Shown: piece by piece, positions 1 through 10,361 of the stretch | How positions within the stretch are numbered: the stretch's first letter is position 1 | Layout of the letters: each line of letters opens with the position of its first letter | DNA from: Bacteroidia bacterium | GTDB lineage: Bacteria; Bacteroidota; Bacteroidia; M30B66 | Assembly (NCBI GenBank): GCA_965279035.1 | Contig: OZ257142.1 | Span: 3,968,001-4,032,000 of the forward strand | Length of the DNA stretch: 64,000 nt | Reading direction: 5' to 3' | Notes under the pieces: generated by a model | Told to the model about the DNA's origin: nothing | The model's database searches: none | Seen by the model: the letters and a program-made list of their open reading frames with translations, nothing else | Translations under genes and position numbers: made by a program

Positions 1-56
1 TTTAGTCCGACAAAAAAAAGAAAGTAAAGAATAGTGAGTTCGAATAGGACTTTAAC

Positions 57-87
57 TTTGATATAAAAGAGAATGAATGTATATTCG
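57..87 (+). promoter_or_regulatory. Bacteroidota-type sigma70 promoter (-33 TTTG, -7 TATATTCG) of the MNT-HEPN operon
   Basis: TTTG at 57-60, 19-nt spacer, TATATTCG at 80-87 (one mismatch to TAnnTTTG); ATG at 92. Confidence 0.6.
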
Positions 88-91
88 TAGT

Positions 92-382
92 ATGAAAACG
101 AAAGCAGAAATTGAGTTAAAGCTTCAGGAAATCAAACCTTTGCTTGCATCTAAATTTCATGTAAGTAGAATTGCTTATTTTGGTTCATACGCAAAGGGAA
201 TTCAAACTGAGAAAAGTGATATTGACTTGTTGGTAGAATTTTCTGAACCAATTGGTTGGGAATTTTTCACACTTGAAAAATTCTTAGAAAATACATTCGA
301 GTTGCCAGTCGATTTAGTAACAGCTGATGCTTTAAAAGATCGAATAAAAATGTCTATCCTGAATCAACTCCGGTACATTTGA
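92..382 (+). CDS. MNT family minimal nucleotidyltransferase antitoxin (MntA-like)
   Basis: FGSYAKG...SDIDLLVEF (GS-x10-DxD motif) and VDLVT; stop overlaps HEPN start (TTGA 379-382). Start moved from 77 to ATG 92, downstream of the promoter box. Confidence 0.9.
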   Translation: MKTKAEIELKLQEIKPLLASKFHVSRIAYFGSYAKGIQTEKSDIDLLVEFSEPIGWEFFTLEKFLENTFELPVDLVTADALKDRIKMSILNQLRYI

Positions 383-735
383 AACCGTCTGAACGCGATC
401 CAATTCTTTATTTAGAAGACATTGTTTTATCCATGCAAAGGGTAAAAGAATATATTGGTGAATTAAATTTCCAGGAGTTTAAATGGGATTACAAAACAGT
501 AGATGCTGTGATTCGAAATTTTGAAATTATTGGTGAAGCATCTAAGAATATACCCAATCACATCAAAGAAAACTATAAACAAATTCCTTGGGATGAAATG
601 TATCGTTTACGAAACAGAATTTCACATGAATACTTTGGAATTGATTACGAAATTCTTTGGGCAATTGCTACCAAATATCTACCAACAAATTATATTGATA
701 TGCTAGCAATTCTTGAACACGAGAAAAACGCATAA
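379..735 (+). CDS. HEPN/DUF86 ribonuclease toxin (HepT-like)
   Basis: RNFEIIGEASK, IPW and RNRISHEYF (R-x4-H-x-Y HEPN motif); coupled to upstream MNT. Confidence 0.9.
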   Translation: MKPSERDPILYLEDIVLSMQRVKEYIGELNFQEFKWDYKTVDAVIRNFEIIGEASKNIPNHIKENYKQIPWDEMYRLRNRISHEYFGIDYEILWAIATKYLPTNYIDMLAILEHEKNA

Positions 736-824
736 ACTTCAAATCAATAAAATTAATTTCAATTAAACTTATCATTGATTGTCAAATAAACAAATCTTTA
801 ATATCGATCTACTTATTAAATTTA

Positions 825-3662
825 TCAATGCGCCTCCAACCAATTCATTCCAGTGCCAATTTCAACTTCAATAGGAACGGTGGTTTTAAAGGCGGTACGC
901 ATGTGATGCAAAATAATTGGTTTTAAAATTTCGAGTTCCTCTTTATGCGCATCAAATACCAATTCATCATGCACTTGAAGCGTCATTTTAGAGCGTAAAT
1001 TTTTCTCTTTTAATTCTTGGTGAATGCCAATCATCGCCATTTTAATTAAATCGGCAGCAGAACCTTGTACAGGTGAATTAATTGCTTCCCGTTCGGCAAA
1101 TCCACGAATGGTGAAATTACGCGAATTAATATCTTTTAAATACCTGCGACGCCCCATCATTGTTTTCACGTATCCATTGGCACGAGCGAATTCTAGCGTA
1201 CTGTTCATGTATCCTTTAATTCCCGGATATTGTGCAAAATAATTCTCAATTAATTCAGCCGCTTCTTTTCGTGGAACTCCCAATCGTTGCGAAAGTCCAA
1301 ATGCGGATATAGAATAAATAATTCCAAAATTCACCATTTTCGCCTTGCTCCGCATTTCACGTGTTACATCCTCTAAAGCCACACCATAAACACGTGCAGC
1401 CGTTGCTTGATGAATATCGATGCCTTTAGTAAACGCATCTAACATGGCTTCTTCTTTCGCAATTTCAGCTACTAAACGTAATTCAATCTGACTATAATCC
1501 GCAGAAACCAAAACGTGATCCGCATCGCGTGCTATAAAGGCTTTTCGTACCTGTTGTCCGCGATCAGTTCGGATTGGAATATTTTGAAGATTGGGATTTA
1601 CCGAACTGAGTCGACCGGTAGAAGCAATGGTTTGATTAAACGTGGTGTGAATACGCCCTGTAACAGGATTAATCAAATTAGGTAACGAATCAACATAGGT
1701 CGATTTTAGCTTGGTAATTTCTCGGTAATCGAGCAATTTCGCAGCAATCGGATATTCCTTTTCGAGTTTGCTGAGAATTTCTTCCCCAGTAGCATACTGA
1801 CCCGTTTTTGTTTTTTCAACACTCGGTAATTTCAATTTATCGAAAAGAATTTCACCCAATTGTTTCGGAGAATCAATGTTGAATTCTTGTCCAGCCATTT
1901 CCCATATCGAATCTCGAAGGAGAATTAAATCGCTTTGTAATTCTTCGGAATAATTCGCCAAAAATGCTTCATCCACTTTTACACCTTCATATTCCATATC
2001 GGCTAAAACAGGAATTAAAGGCAATTCAATTTTTTGCAATACATCCACCACTTCTCTCTTCTCCACCATAGGTTGAATCACCTGCTTTAATTGCAAGGTG
2101 ATATCCGCATCCTCAGCAGCATATTCTACCACTTGCTCCACCGGAACATCGCGCATTGTTCCTTGGTTTTTGCCGCGTTTCCCAATGAGTTCAGTAATGG
2201 AAACAGGCGTATATCCCAAATAGGTTTCGCTCAAATAATCCATACCGTGTTTCATGTCGGGCTCCACGAGGTAATGCGCCAACATGGTATCATAAACAGG
2301 CAAAGAAACTTCCACCCCAAATTGACGCAATACGAGTAAATCGAATTTTACGTTTTGTCCAATTTTTAGGATGCTTTTACTTTCGAGCAAAGGCTTAAAA
2401 TAACTGAGAATTCGAGCTACTTCACTTTTATCCGAAGGTGTTGGAACATAATACGCTTCGCCTTCTTTCACACTAAAAGAAAGTCCTACTAATTCTAAAC
2501 TAAAATAATCGAGCGATGAAGTTTCCGTATCAAAACAAAACTCTGTTTGTTGTCCGAGTAAATCCGCCAGATTCTTTAATTCCTCCTCACTTTCTACACG
2601 GAAATACGTATGTGGAGTATTGCTAATATTTTTCCCTTTTTCAGTCGGTTCTGGATGATCTTCCTCAGGATTATTTTCCTCACCGAACATAGAAATTTGT
2701 CCGTTCGATGGCTTAGGTGCAGCAGGAATACTCTTCTTCACTTCGGGCGCAATCTGTTGATTCACGCTAAAATCAGCACCCAAAATACGACGCCCCATAC
2801 TGCGGAATTCGAGCTCGGTAAATAAGGCTGCTAATTTCTCCCGATCCGGTTCAGAAATCAATAAATCATCATCGCTCACTTCAATCGGAACATCCAAAAT
2901 TATGGTAGCAAGCATTTTCGAAATATGTGCCTGGTCGACAAATGCTTCCACATTTTCTTTCATTTTCCCCTTCAATTCATGCGAATGGGCAATCATATTT
3001 TCCATCGAGCCATATTGCTGAATGAGCTTCTTGGCGGTCTTTTCACCAATACCTGGAATTCCTGGAATATTATCCGAAGCATCTCCCCACATGCCCAAAA
3101 TATCAATCACTTTCAATGGATCATCAATCTCCCATTTTGCACAAATCTCTGGCACACCTAAAATCTCAATATCGTTGCCCATACGAGCCGGTTTGTACAT
3201 GTAAATATTGGGCTCAACCAGCTGTCCATAATCCTTATCAGGCGTAACCATATACACCACATGTCCTTCGCGCGCCTTTACTTTAGCAATGGTTCCAATA
3301 ATGTCATCGGCTTCATAACCAGCCAATTCGAGCATCGGAATATTAAATGCACGAATTATCTCTTTAATCCAAGGTAAATTGCTCTGAATATCTTCGGGCA
3401 TCGCCTCGCGGTGTGCCTTGTAAAAGCTGTGCTCCACGGCACGATTGGTCTCCGCAGCCGAATCAAATACTACTGCAATATGCGTAGGCCTTTCCTTCAG
3501 CATGAGTTCCACCAGCGTATTGGTAAAACCCGATGCAGCACTCACATTCATGCCTTTTGAATTCATCAGTGGATTCCGGCTAAAGGCAAAATAAGCGCGG
3601 TAAATCAAGGCAAATGCGTCCAACAAGAAAAGACGCTTATCGTCGTGTGGGTTGATGTTCAT
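825..3662 (-). CDS. polA: DNA polymerase I
   Basis: 5'-3' exonuclease (YEADDIIG, GDASDNIPG), 3'-5' exonuclease domain (FDTET, YAAEDAD), polymerase motifs TGRLSS, DYSQIELR, QVHDELVF. Confidence 0.98.
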   Translation of the reverse strand: MNINPHDDKRLFLLDAFALIYRAYFAFSRNPLMNSKGMNVSAASGFTNTLVELMLKERPTHIAVVFDSAAETNRAVEHSFYKAHREAMPEDIQSNLPWIKEIIRAFNIPMLELAGYEADDIIGTIAKVKAREGHVVYMVTPDKDYGQLVEPNIYMYKPARMGNDIEILGVPEICAKWEIDDPLKVIDILGMWGDASDNIPGIPGIGEKTAKKLIQQYGSMENMIAHSHELKGKMKENVEAFVDQAHISKMLATIILDVPIEVSDDDLLISEPDREKLAALFTELEFRSMGRRILGADFSVNQQIAPEVKKSIPAAPKPSNGQISMFGEENNPEEDHPEPTEKGKNISNTPHTYFRVESEEELKNLADLLGQQTEFCFDTETSSLDYFSLELVGLSFSVKEGEAYYVPTPSDKSEVARILSYFKPLLESKSILKIGQNVKFDLLVLRQFGVEVSLPVYDTMLAHYLVEPDMKHGMDYLSETYLGYTPVSITELIGKRGKNQGTMRDVPVEQVVEYAAEDADITLQLKQVIQPMVEKREVVDVLQKIELPLIPVLADMEYEGVKVDEAFLANYSEELQSDLILLRDSIWEMAGQEFNIDSPKQLGEILFDKLKLPSVEKTKTGQYATGEEILSKLEKEYPIAAKLLDYREITKLKSTYVDSLPNLINPVTGRIHTTFNQTIASTGRLSSVNPNLQNIPIRTDRGQQVRKAFIARDADHVLVSADYSQIELRLVAEIAKEEAMLDAFTKGIDIHQATAARVYGVALEDVTREMRSKAKMVNFGIIYSISAFGLSQRLGVPRKEAAELIENYFAQYPGIKGYMNSTLEFARANGYVKTMMGRRRYLKDINSRNFTIRGFAEREAINSPVQGSAADLIKMAMIGIHQELKEKNLRSKMTLQVHDELVFDAHKEELEILKPIILHHMRTAFKTTVPIEVEIGTGMNWLEAH

Positions 3663-3769
3663 GCGACGAAGATAGGGAATTGATGTGCTGATTTGCTAGT
3701 GTGATGGTGTGCTAATGGATGATTTGCTAGTTATTTGAAAATGTTTGATTTGTACTCAAGAATTCTAAT

Positions 3770-3826
3770 TTTTTGGGCGCCCGGGCAGGCTATCGGTTCG
3801 TGGGAACTCACCTCTATCCTTGGCGC
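3770..3826 (+). repeat. Structured GC-rich intergenic element (GGGCGCCCGGGCAGGCTATC...CTCTATCCTTGGCGC), possibly Flavo-1-like
   Basis: Shares GGCT(A/T)TCG...CTCTATCC with the reverse complement of the element at 19694-19785; family name from memory only. Confidence 0.35.
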
Positions 3827-3859
3827 TTACGTGAAATTTAGATCAATTATGTGTAATTG

Positions 3860-4165
3860 GAAATTTTTGCTGGTAGCTGTCATTCCTCGGATTGAAATCC
3901 AAGGTTGCTGAAGGAATTTGGGACATTCCTATAAAACTGGTGTGCTAGTTTGTTGTCCACATGCAACCCCGGAATTCATTCCGGGGATTAAATCATATCA
4001 TGTGCAATTAGAAATTTTTGCTGGTAGCTGTTATGCCTTGGATTTAAATCCAAGGATGCTGTTGCTATTCTCGACTTTTCGTTCATTCTCTAAAACAGTA
4101 CTTTGATGCAGAAAGAGAAAAAAAACAACCTAACTTATCCTTGGATTGAAATCTAAGGTTGCTGA
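3860..4165. repeat. Cluster of four 20-bp REP-like hairpins with duplicated flanks
   Basis: CCTCGGATTGAAATCCAAGG 3885-3904, CCCCGGAATTCATTCCGGGG 3967-3986, CCTTGGATTTAAATCCAAGG 4036-4055, CCTTGGATTGAAATCTAAGG 4139-4158; AAATTTTTGCTGGTAGCTGT duplicated at 3861 and 4012. Confidence 0.85.
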
Positions 4166-4300
4166 AGGAATTTGGGACATTTCGTTTATACTATAAAACG
4201 ATACTAAGTTGCTGGAGTTATTGGTGACATTTCGTTTATACTATAAAACGATTCTAAGATGCTGGAGTTATTGAGGACATTTCGTTTATACTTTAGAACT
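4151..4300. repeat. Tandem repeat, 3 x 50 bp
   Basis: GACATTTCGTTTATACT recurs at 4176, 4226 and 4276; internal imperfect palindrome TCGTTTATACTATAAAACGA. Confidence 0.9.
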
Positions 4301-4398
4301 GCACTATAATGCAGCTTGCGTTAAACCAAACTTTCGAATAAACTAAATTTGGGATTTAAAATTCGAACTTTATTGTCGAGTTATTTGCTAAACACAAT

Positions 4399-4812
4399 CT
4401 ATTTTGTCGCTTCAGTTTCGTTACGTCGAATCTCCACTTTAGTCATTTTTCCGGATATTTTTCCACTTCGGGCATTGATCGTCATCATGCGTTTCCGACG
4501 AACCATTGCCCCTTTTTTCTTATCTAAATACTGATTTTCTGTGCCTGTAGATCGAATAATTTTCTTGCTCAAATAATCCCGCTCTGCTGTCACTACCCAT
4601 GCGTCACCATTGGGAGTTCGAGTGGCAGTCCAATCTTCCCGAAAACGCAAAAAGTTGATGAATTTCGCATACCGAATTGCATCTTCAGCAGTAAATTCGA
4701 GCGTGTCTTTCCGACCACTATTTTTAAAAGAAACATCATTCGCTTGGGCAAACTGACTGAAGAAAAGACTAATAGTTAAAATCAAAATTCGAGTAATAAA
4801 TGATTGGTTCAT
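4399..4812 (-). CDS. Hypothetical secreted protein
   Basis: Signal-peptide-like N-terminus ending AQA; basic C-terminus with PepSY-like INARSGKI; TATCTTTA box upstream on - strand. Confidence 0.65.
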   Translation of the reverse strand: MNQSFITRILILTISLFFSQFAQANDVSFKNSGRKDTLEFTAEDAIRYAKFINFLRFREDWTATRTPNGDAWVVTAERDYLSKKIIRSTGTENQYLDKKKGAMVRRKRMMTINARSGKISGKMTKVEIRRNETEATK

Positions 4813-5116
4813 AACTTAATAATTTACTGTAAAGATACCACTGTTTTGCTGAAAAATATCGAATGAAAAAAGCTTAACACAAAAGAAACAATGAATGAAA
4901 AATCCGGTTTCGTGAATTAAATTGAAATCCATTTCATTCTTATTGAATTGTAAAATCTTCAACAAAAAAATAATAAATAATGAAACGATTAATTCTGTTA
5001 ATACTATGTGAATTCTTATTCATTTTTTCCGATTATTAATTTTTAAACCTTTAAATTAATTTACAGGGATTTTAGATTCGTTATAAAAATTCCAAATAAT
5101 TAAATACATTTCCCAT

Positions 5117-6400
5117 ATGAAAAAAAGTATAAGTATTTTCTTTTGCCTATTTGCATTACTAAAGATATACGCTCAAGGCAATTATATTCACACCTCAGGC
5201 CGACATATTCTTGGTTCCTGCGGTGATACACTTCTGATAAAAGGAGTGAATTATGCTCCTTACAATTGGGGATATTTAGCCGATGAATTAAGACTCGATC
5301 AAATTGCTCAAACCGGCGCCAATGCCGTCCGTATGGTGTGGTACACAAACAATAATGCAGCTCCAGTATATGCGAATTTAGATGCATTAGATTCAGCTAT
5401 TACGCGCTGTACTCAACTTGGAATGATAGCCATAGTAGAACTGCACGATTTCACCTGCACGAACGATGCTGCAGCTCTAATCACAGGTTTAGCTTGGTGG
5501 GAACAACCCGAAGTAATGAATCTACTCGATCGTAATAAAGAAAGCGTTATTGTAAATATCTCCAACGAAAGCTTGTATTATAATTGGGGCAGCAATCCAA
5601 ATCAAGCGCTAAGCAGCTATTTCAGCACCTATTCGACTATTATCTCCAACTTACGAGCGCATCCGGAGTTTAAATTCCCATTACTGATTGATGCACCTGA
5701 TTGCGGTGGTTCTTCAGATGCATTTGTCACCGCCTCTACAGCAGCAAATTTGATAAATGCCGATCCAGAACACAACTTAATTTTCAGCACACATACGTAT
5801 TGGTATGCCCAAACAAACAACGACTCCAGCATAATATATCAGCGTTTAGCCAATGTGTGTAATGCCAATATTCCACTGATTGCAGGAGAAGTTGCCAATT
5901 CTCAAGATGATACCGAACTATGTCAATATGCACTGAATTATTCAGCTGTAATTAATAGCTGCAATTCCCTTCAAATGGGCTGGTTAATTTGGTGCTGGGA
6001 TCGCGATGGTTGTCCCGAACGACAAATGAGCAGCGACGGGATTTTCGCTAATCTAACAACTTTAGGAAATGATATTCTAAACAATTCGAATTATGGTTGG
6101 ACTATTCATCCACCAGAAAAAAGTAAATACCTCACCACTGCCGATTGTAGCTTAGGAAATAAATTAATTAACGACTCGCATTTTAGTATTCAATTCAGCA
6201 AAACAAACAATCAATTGAATTTCTCTTCTACCTCAACTATACAGCAAATCCGCTTATTCGACAACCAAGGAAAAGAATATCCACTACATACGAATGGAAT
6301 AAACACCTATTTATCGAATGAATTAATTTCAGGCATTTATATCATTCAAGCACAGGATAAAAATGGCAGTATAATTCACCAAAAAATTCTTGTGAATTAA
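5117..6400 (+). CDS. GH5 glycoside hydrolase (mannanase-like) with T9SS C-terminal domain
   Basis: IAQTGANAVRMV, IVELHD, VNISNE (acid/base), FSTHTY, IAGEV (nucleophile); C-terminal SGIYII...QKILVN. Confidence 0.85.
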   Translation: MKKSISIFFCLFALLKIYAQGNYIHTSGRHILGSCGDTLLIKGVNYAPYNWGYLADELRLDQIAQTGANAVRMVWYTNNNAAPVYANLDALDSAITRCTQLGMIAIVELHDFTCTNDAAALITGLAWWEQPEVMNLLDRNKESVIVNISNESLYYNWGSNPNQALSSYFSTYSTIISNLRAHPEFKFPLLIDAPDCGGSSDAFVTASTAANLINADPEHNLIFSTHTYWYAQTNNDSSIIYQRLANVCNANIPLIAGEVANSQDDTELCQYALNYSAVINSCNSLQMGWLIWCWDRDGCPERQMSSDGIFANLTTLGNDILNNSNYGWTIHPPEKSKYLTTADCSLGNKLINDSHFSIQFSKTNNQLNFSSTSTIQQIRLFDNQGKEYPLHTNGINTYLSNELISGIYIIQAQDKNGSIIHQKILVN

Positions 6401-6407
6401 TTTATTT

Positions 6408-9400
6408 CTAGTTTTTAATAACCCGTTTATTCATCACCCAACCTGCTGATTGAATTCGAAGAATATATACTCCAGAAGTAAGATTCTCAAATGACATAGA
6501 AATAGCTGAAGTAGCAGGAAGGACAATACGTTGAAGAACCTGTCCCTGTATTGTTAAGAGATTCAAATGCGCCAATTGATTACTCGTAGATTCTATCCGA
6601 ATAATATCATTTGTTGGATTCGGATACAAACTAAAATCAGTCGTTAAATCGGATATTCCAAGAACTGTGTAATTAAATGCTGTAGAATTCGATTGGCACC
6701 CATTCGTATCAGTAATCAAAACCGAGTAATCGCCTGTAACAGTTGGATTTATTAGAGCATTATTACTTCCTGAAATGGTTGAACCATTGAAATACCATTG
6801 GTAGAAAACAGGTGAAGTTCCTGAAATAGCTTCGAGCTGATTTCCGTTTAACACAATGCTTGGAGTTTCGGGTAATGCATAAACAGTTATTGTATCATTT
6901 AAGAGAAGTGTATCGCTACCATTTGGATTACTCACTATTAATTGAACAGGATAAATGCCTGATGTTGGATAACAAATATTTATTGGATTTTGGATAGTAG
7001 ATGATGCGGTGAAAGCACCCGGAAATGACCAATTCCAAGTAATTGGATTACCAGTTGAAGTGTCTGTAAAACTGATACATCCGCCGGTACAAATTGCAGG
7101 ATTTGAAATACTAAAAGCTGCATGAGGGAATTCTGAAATAGAATTGCCACAAACCGAAACATGTTGCCCAAGATTAGATAAATCATCTACAGGCAAAACG
7201 TTCCATTGTGAGGATGATTGATTCCAATCGGTATTAGCTCGATCGGATGATTGACTGCGGATGAGCGTGTGTGAGGCTGTATTGGTTCCATTGAAAGTCC
7301 AATTGCTACCAGGATTATTTCCAATTATTCCAATTAAATCAATGATTGTTTCTTGATGTTTCAGAGCAAGGGCATCATTTCCATTAAATGAAACAACCAA
7401 ACTTGATAGAGTTGCAACAGAATTAATACTAGGTGAATTAGCCAATGGATGTTTGATAACAATTACTTGATGCGATGCAATACTGCCTGAAAGCACTTGA
7501 GAATAGGAAACCGTGTTTGAACCATTTAAAAATAATTCAAGCGAATAATTCGATAAATCAATAATTGATGAAGTTGGATTAAATAGCTCAATTGCATTTT
7601 CATTTTCCGAACCATCTACATATTCTGAAATAAATAATTCGGCACATCCTTCTGATTGAGGAATGCTAATCGCACAAGGTTTTGTAAGTGTGGTGTAGCC
7701 ATAATCGTTATAAGCCGTTAAGGTTACATCATGACAACCCGGACTTAACATCGTAACACTTTGCACATCCTGTGAAATAGAACTCGGTGGATTTGCATCT
7801 TGAAATTGCCAAAACCAGAAATCAGGCATATTGCCACTAAAATCAAAGAAATCAACCGAGTTTCCCGTTACATCAAATGTAAAATTCGGTTGAGGCGGAA
7901 GTCCTAATTGATTTGTAACAGTGATCCAATAATCTTCTGTTTCTCCAGCATTAAATAGCGCACATGCATCAGCAGCACCCATCGACAATGCTACAGGAAC
8001 GCACCTTACACGCATTCGCGTTATACCCAATAAAGCATTGACTGGTACTGATAAATAATTAAATACCGGCTGATTAGGTATTGAAGCAGCTGAAATTTCA
8101 ACATATTCGGATACTGTAAATTGTCCATTTTGATCCCAGTCGGTCCAAACGGCTATGCGAGCAGAAACATTGGTTCTAGCTGCAAAATTATACGTGTAAT
8201 TTCTAATAACTTGTGTAGTGGTAGTTCCTGATGCAGGCCAGAGTGTATAAGCATTTCCTGTAATCCCATTGCATCCACTTGGATCGTTTAGTAAGGTCGA
8301 TTGATACATTCGAACAGCATCCAAATAAACCGAACTTGAACAAGCATTTGAATGAAGTGTGGTACAGTAATTCAAATTGGCAACAATCTTCACACGATAA
8401 TCCTGAGTTTCACCAAATGAATACACCGTACATGGGTTCATATTACTACCATTCAAGCCAAGTCCAAATGCAGATCGAACTCGAATTCGGTACACGCCAG
8501 ATGCTTGATTTATTGGAACATTTAAAGTGAAATGCAATGTTTCATTTGGAACACCGGCATTCGCTTCCTGCTCCCCTATTTTCTCATTTAATTCGAATTG
8601 ATTGTTGTTATTCCAATCTACCCAAATCGCATAGAATGTTCCTTGATCGGCACTTATTCGAGTTCCAGAAACAATCTGAAAATCTACATTGGCATTAGGA
8701 GAAGTTATCAAAACTTGATTGGGATAATCATGATAAGTAACTGTTCCAACAATTCCTGAATTGAGATTATTTATGGTACCGCCAATTACGCTTTCTATGA
8801 TATCGCCATCCGAATTACCATAGGTACTTGCAGGCAAACAAGTGCTTCCCGAATTAGAAACGATTGTTACATTATAATCTTCTGTTTCTCCATCTGCATA
8901 ATTTCCACAGGCTTGAAGTGGTAATGGAGAAGAAGTACAACGCACTCGCATACGTGCAGCTCCAGCAGGTGCATTTGCGGGAATAACAAATCCTAAATGA
9001 TGCTGCAAATAGGAAGTAGATGAATATTCTCCCAATTTTTCACCCGAATCATTAAAATCACCATCGCGATTAAAATCAATCCATGCCGCATAATTTGACG
9101 TGTTTGTATAGCCACTAGTAATGGATAAAGTATTCGAATTGCCTGCATATAAAATAGCAGGAAGTAAATTGGAATAATATTGATAAAATGGACTTAATAA
9201 TTCTCCTGATGGATTGAATGTATATCCGATTGATACATCCGAAATAAAATGACCGTTTGAATTAGTATGCGTTGGATTACAAGACGATGGCATAGAACTA
9301 ACCACACGCACATCGTAGTCTTCGGTTTCTCCAAATGAATATCCAATACACGGATTAATTCCAACGGTATTAAATGCACTTCTAACACGCATCCGATGCA

Positions 9401-10259
9401 TTCCTGAACTAGCATTTAATGGAACAGTAAATGGAAACTGAATAATGTCAAACCCATTGCTAGAGCCAAATTCACCCAAGTTCTCATTCACATCTAAAAA
9501 ATCAGCATCATTATTCCAATCTATCCAAACAGCAAATCGATTGTAATCATTTAAGCCATTTTGAACATTGACCACGTAATTAATTCCGGGAGTTAATTCG
9601 GGCACATTGGATGAAGTAAAATAATCATAAAAGGGAGATGTTGATGGTCCTGTAACATTACTCATATTAAGCAAAACCACTGATTTAATGTAATCACCTT
9701 GCAAACTTCCTCCTGCATATATTGGTGTGCAAAAACCACTTAATTCAGGAATAATTGTGACGGAATAATCTTCAGTTTCACTCCAAATATAATTTCCACA
9801 AGGTTCCATATTCAATCCTTGATAGGCACATCGCACACGCATTCGTTTAGCTCCCGTAGATATTCCAATGGGAACTTGAAATGCAATTGTTAAAACTTGT
9901 GCTTCTGAGGTACATAAAACTTCCCCTAATAATTCCTGATCATCGTCAAAATCCTGATCATTATTCCAATCGATCCAAGCTGCATAGCGATCATTGACTA
10001 CGGTTCCAGTAGTTATCGATATAGAATAAGAACCATCAATGGCTAAATCTGGAGCTGTTAATGAAGTATAATCCGAATAAAAAGGGAAACCTGTTGCACC
10101 ACTTGTATTCGTAAGCGTTCCCAAAGAAATGGATGCGATATAATCACCATTCACCGTTCCATCATCGCTGGTTGGAATACAATATTGAGCTTTGACTAAA
10201 TGACTGAACAAGACAAGGCAGATAATCAAAAACGATTTTTGCATGAAATGTAATTTCAT
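6408..10259 (-). CDS. Large secreted protein: 5 x GEVED, PKD, lamin-tail domain, PKD, T9SS CTD
   Basis: Five repeats of WxDW/FNxD...RMRVR...ETE/QDY; ELFISEYVDGSENENAIELFNPT (LTD); WNWSFPG (PKD); LYPNPT...SGVYILRI...KRVIKN (CTD). Confidence 0.88.
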   Translation of the reverse strand: MKLHFMQKSFLIICLVLFSHLVKAQYCIPTSDDGTVNGDYIASISLGTLTNTSGATGFPFYSDYTSLTAPDLAIDGSYSISITTGTVVNDRYAAWIDWNNDQDFDDDQELLGEVLCTSEAQVLTIAFQVPIGISTGAKRMRVRCAYQGLNMEPCGNYIWSETEDYSVTIIPELSGFCTPIYAGGSLQGDYIKSVVLLNMSNVTGPSTSPFYDYFTSSNVPELTPGINYVVNVQNGLNDYNRFAVWIDWNNDADFLDVNENLGEFGSSNGFDIIQFPFTVPLNASSGMHRMRVRSAFNTVGINPCIGYSFGETEDYDVRVVSSMPSSCNPTHTNSNGHFISDVSIGYTFNPSGELLSPFYQYYSNLLPAILYAGNSNTLSITSGYTNTSNYAAWIDFNRDGDFNDSGEKLGEYSSTSYLQHHLGFVIPANAPAGAARMRVRCTSSPLPLQACGNYADGETEDYNVTIVSNSGSTCLPASTYGNSDGDIIESVIGGTINNLNSGIVGTVTYHDYPNQVLITSPNANVDFQIVSGTRISADQGTFYAIWVDWNNNNQFELNEKIGEQEANAGVPNETLHFTLNVPINQASGVYRIRVRSAFGLGLNGSNMNPCTVYSFGETQDYRVKIVANLNYCTTLHSNACSSSVYLDAVRMYQSTLLNDPSGCNGITGNAYTLWPASGTTTTQVIRNYTYNFAARTNVSARIAVWTDWDQNGQFTVSEYVEISAASIPNQPVFNYLSVPVNALLGITRMRVRCVPVALSMGAADACALFNAGETEDYWITVTNQLGLPPQPNFTFDVTGNSVDFFDFSGNMPDFWFWQFQDANPPSSISQDVQSVTMLSPGCHDVTLTAYNDYGYTTLTKPCAISIPQSEGCAELFISEYVDGSENENAIELFNPTSSIIDLSNYSLELFLNGSNTVSYSQVLSGSIASHQVIVIKHPLANSPSINSVATLSSLVVSFNGNDALALKHQETIIDLIGIIGNNPGSNWTFNGTNTASHTLIRSQSSDRANTDWNQSSSQWNVLPVDDLSNLGQHVSVCGNSISEFPHAAFSISNPAICTGGCISFTDTSTGNPITWNWSFPGAFTASSTIQNPINICYPTSGIYPVQLIVSNPNGSDTLLLNDTITVYALPETPSIVLNGNQLEAISGTSPVFYQWYFNGSTISGSNNALINPTVTGDYSVLITDTNGCQSNSTAFNYTVLGISDLTTDFSLYPNPTNDIIRIESTSNQLAHLNLLTIQGQVLQRIVLPATSAISMSFENLTSGVYILRIQSAGWVMNKRVIKN

Positions 10260-10361
10260 AATTGGGAGCTAAAATAAATCATCCATTGTTGTCATTGTAA
10301 ATTATGATTTTCCTGTTTAAAGCAAGTCCAATATCTCTCAAACGATCGGTATCTTTGCATC

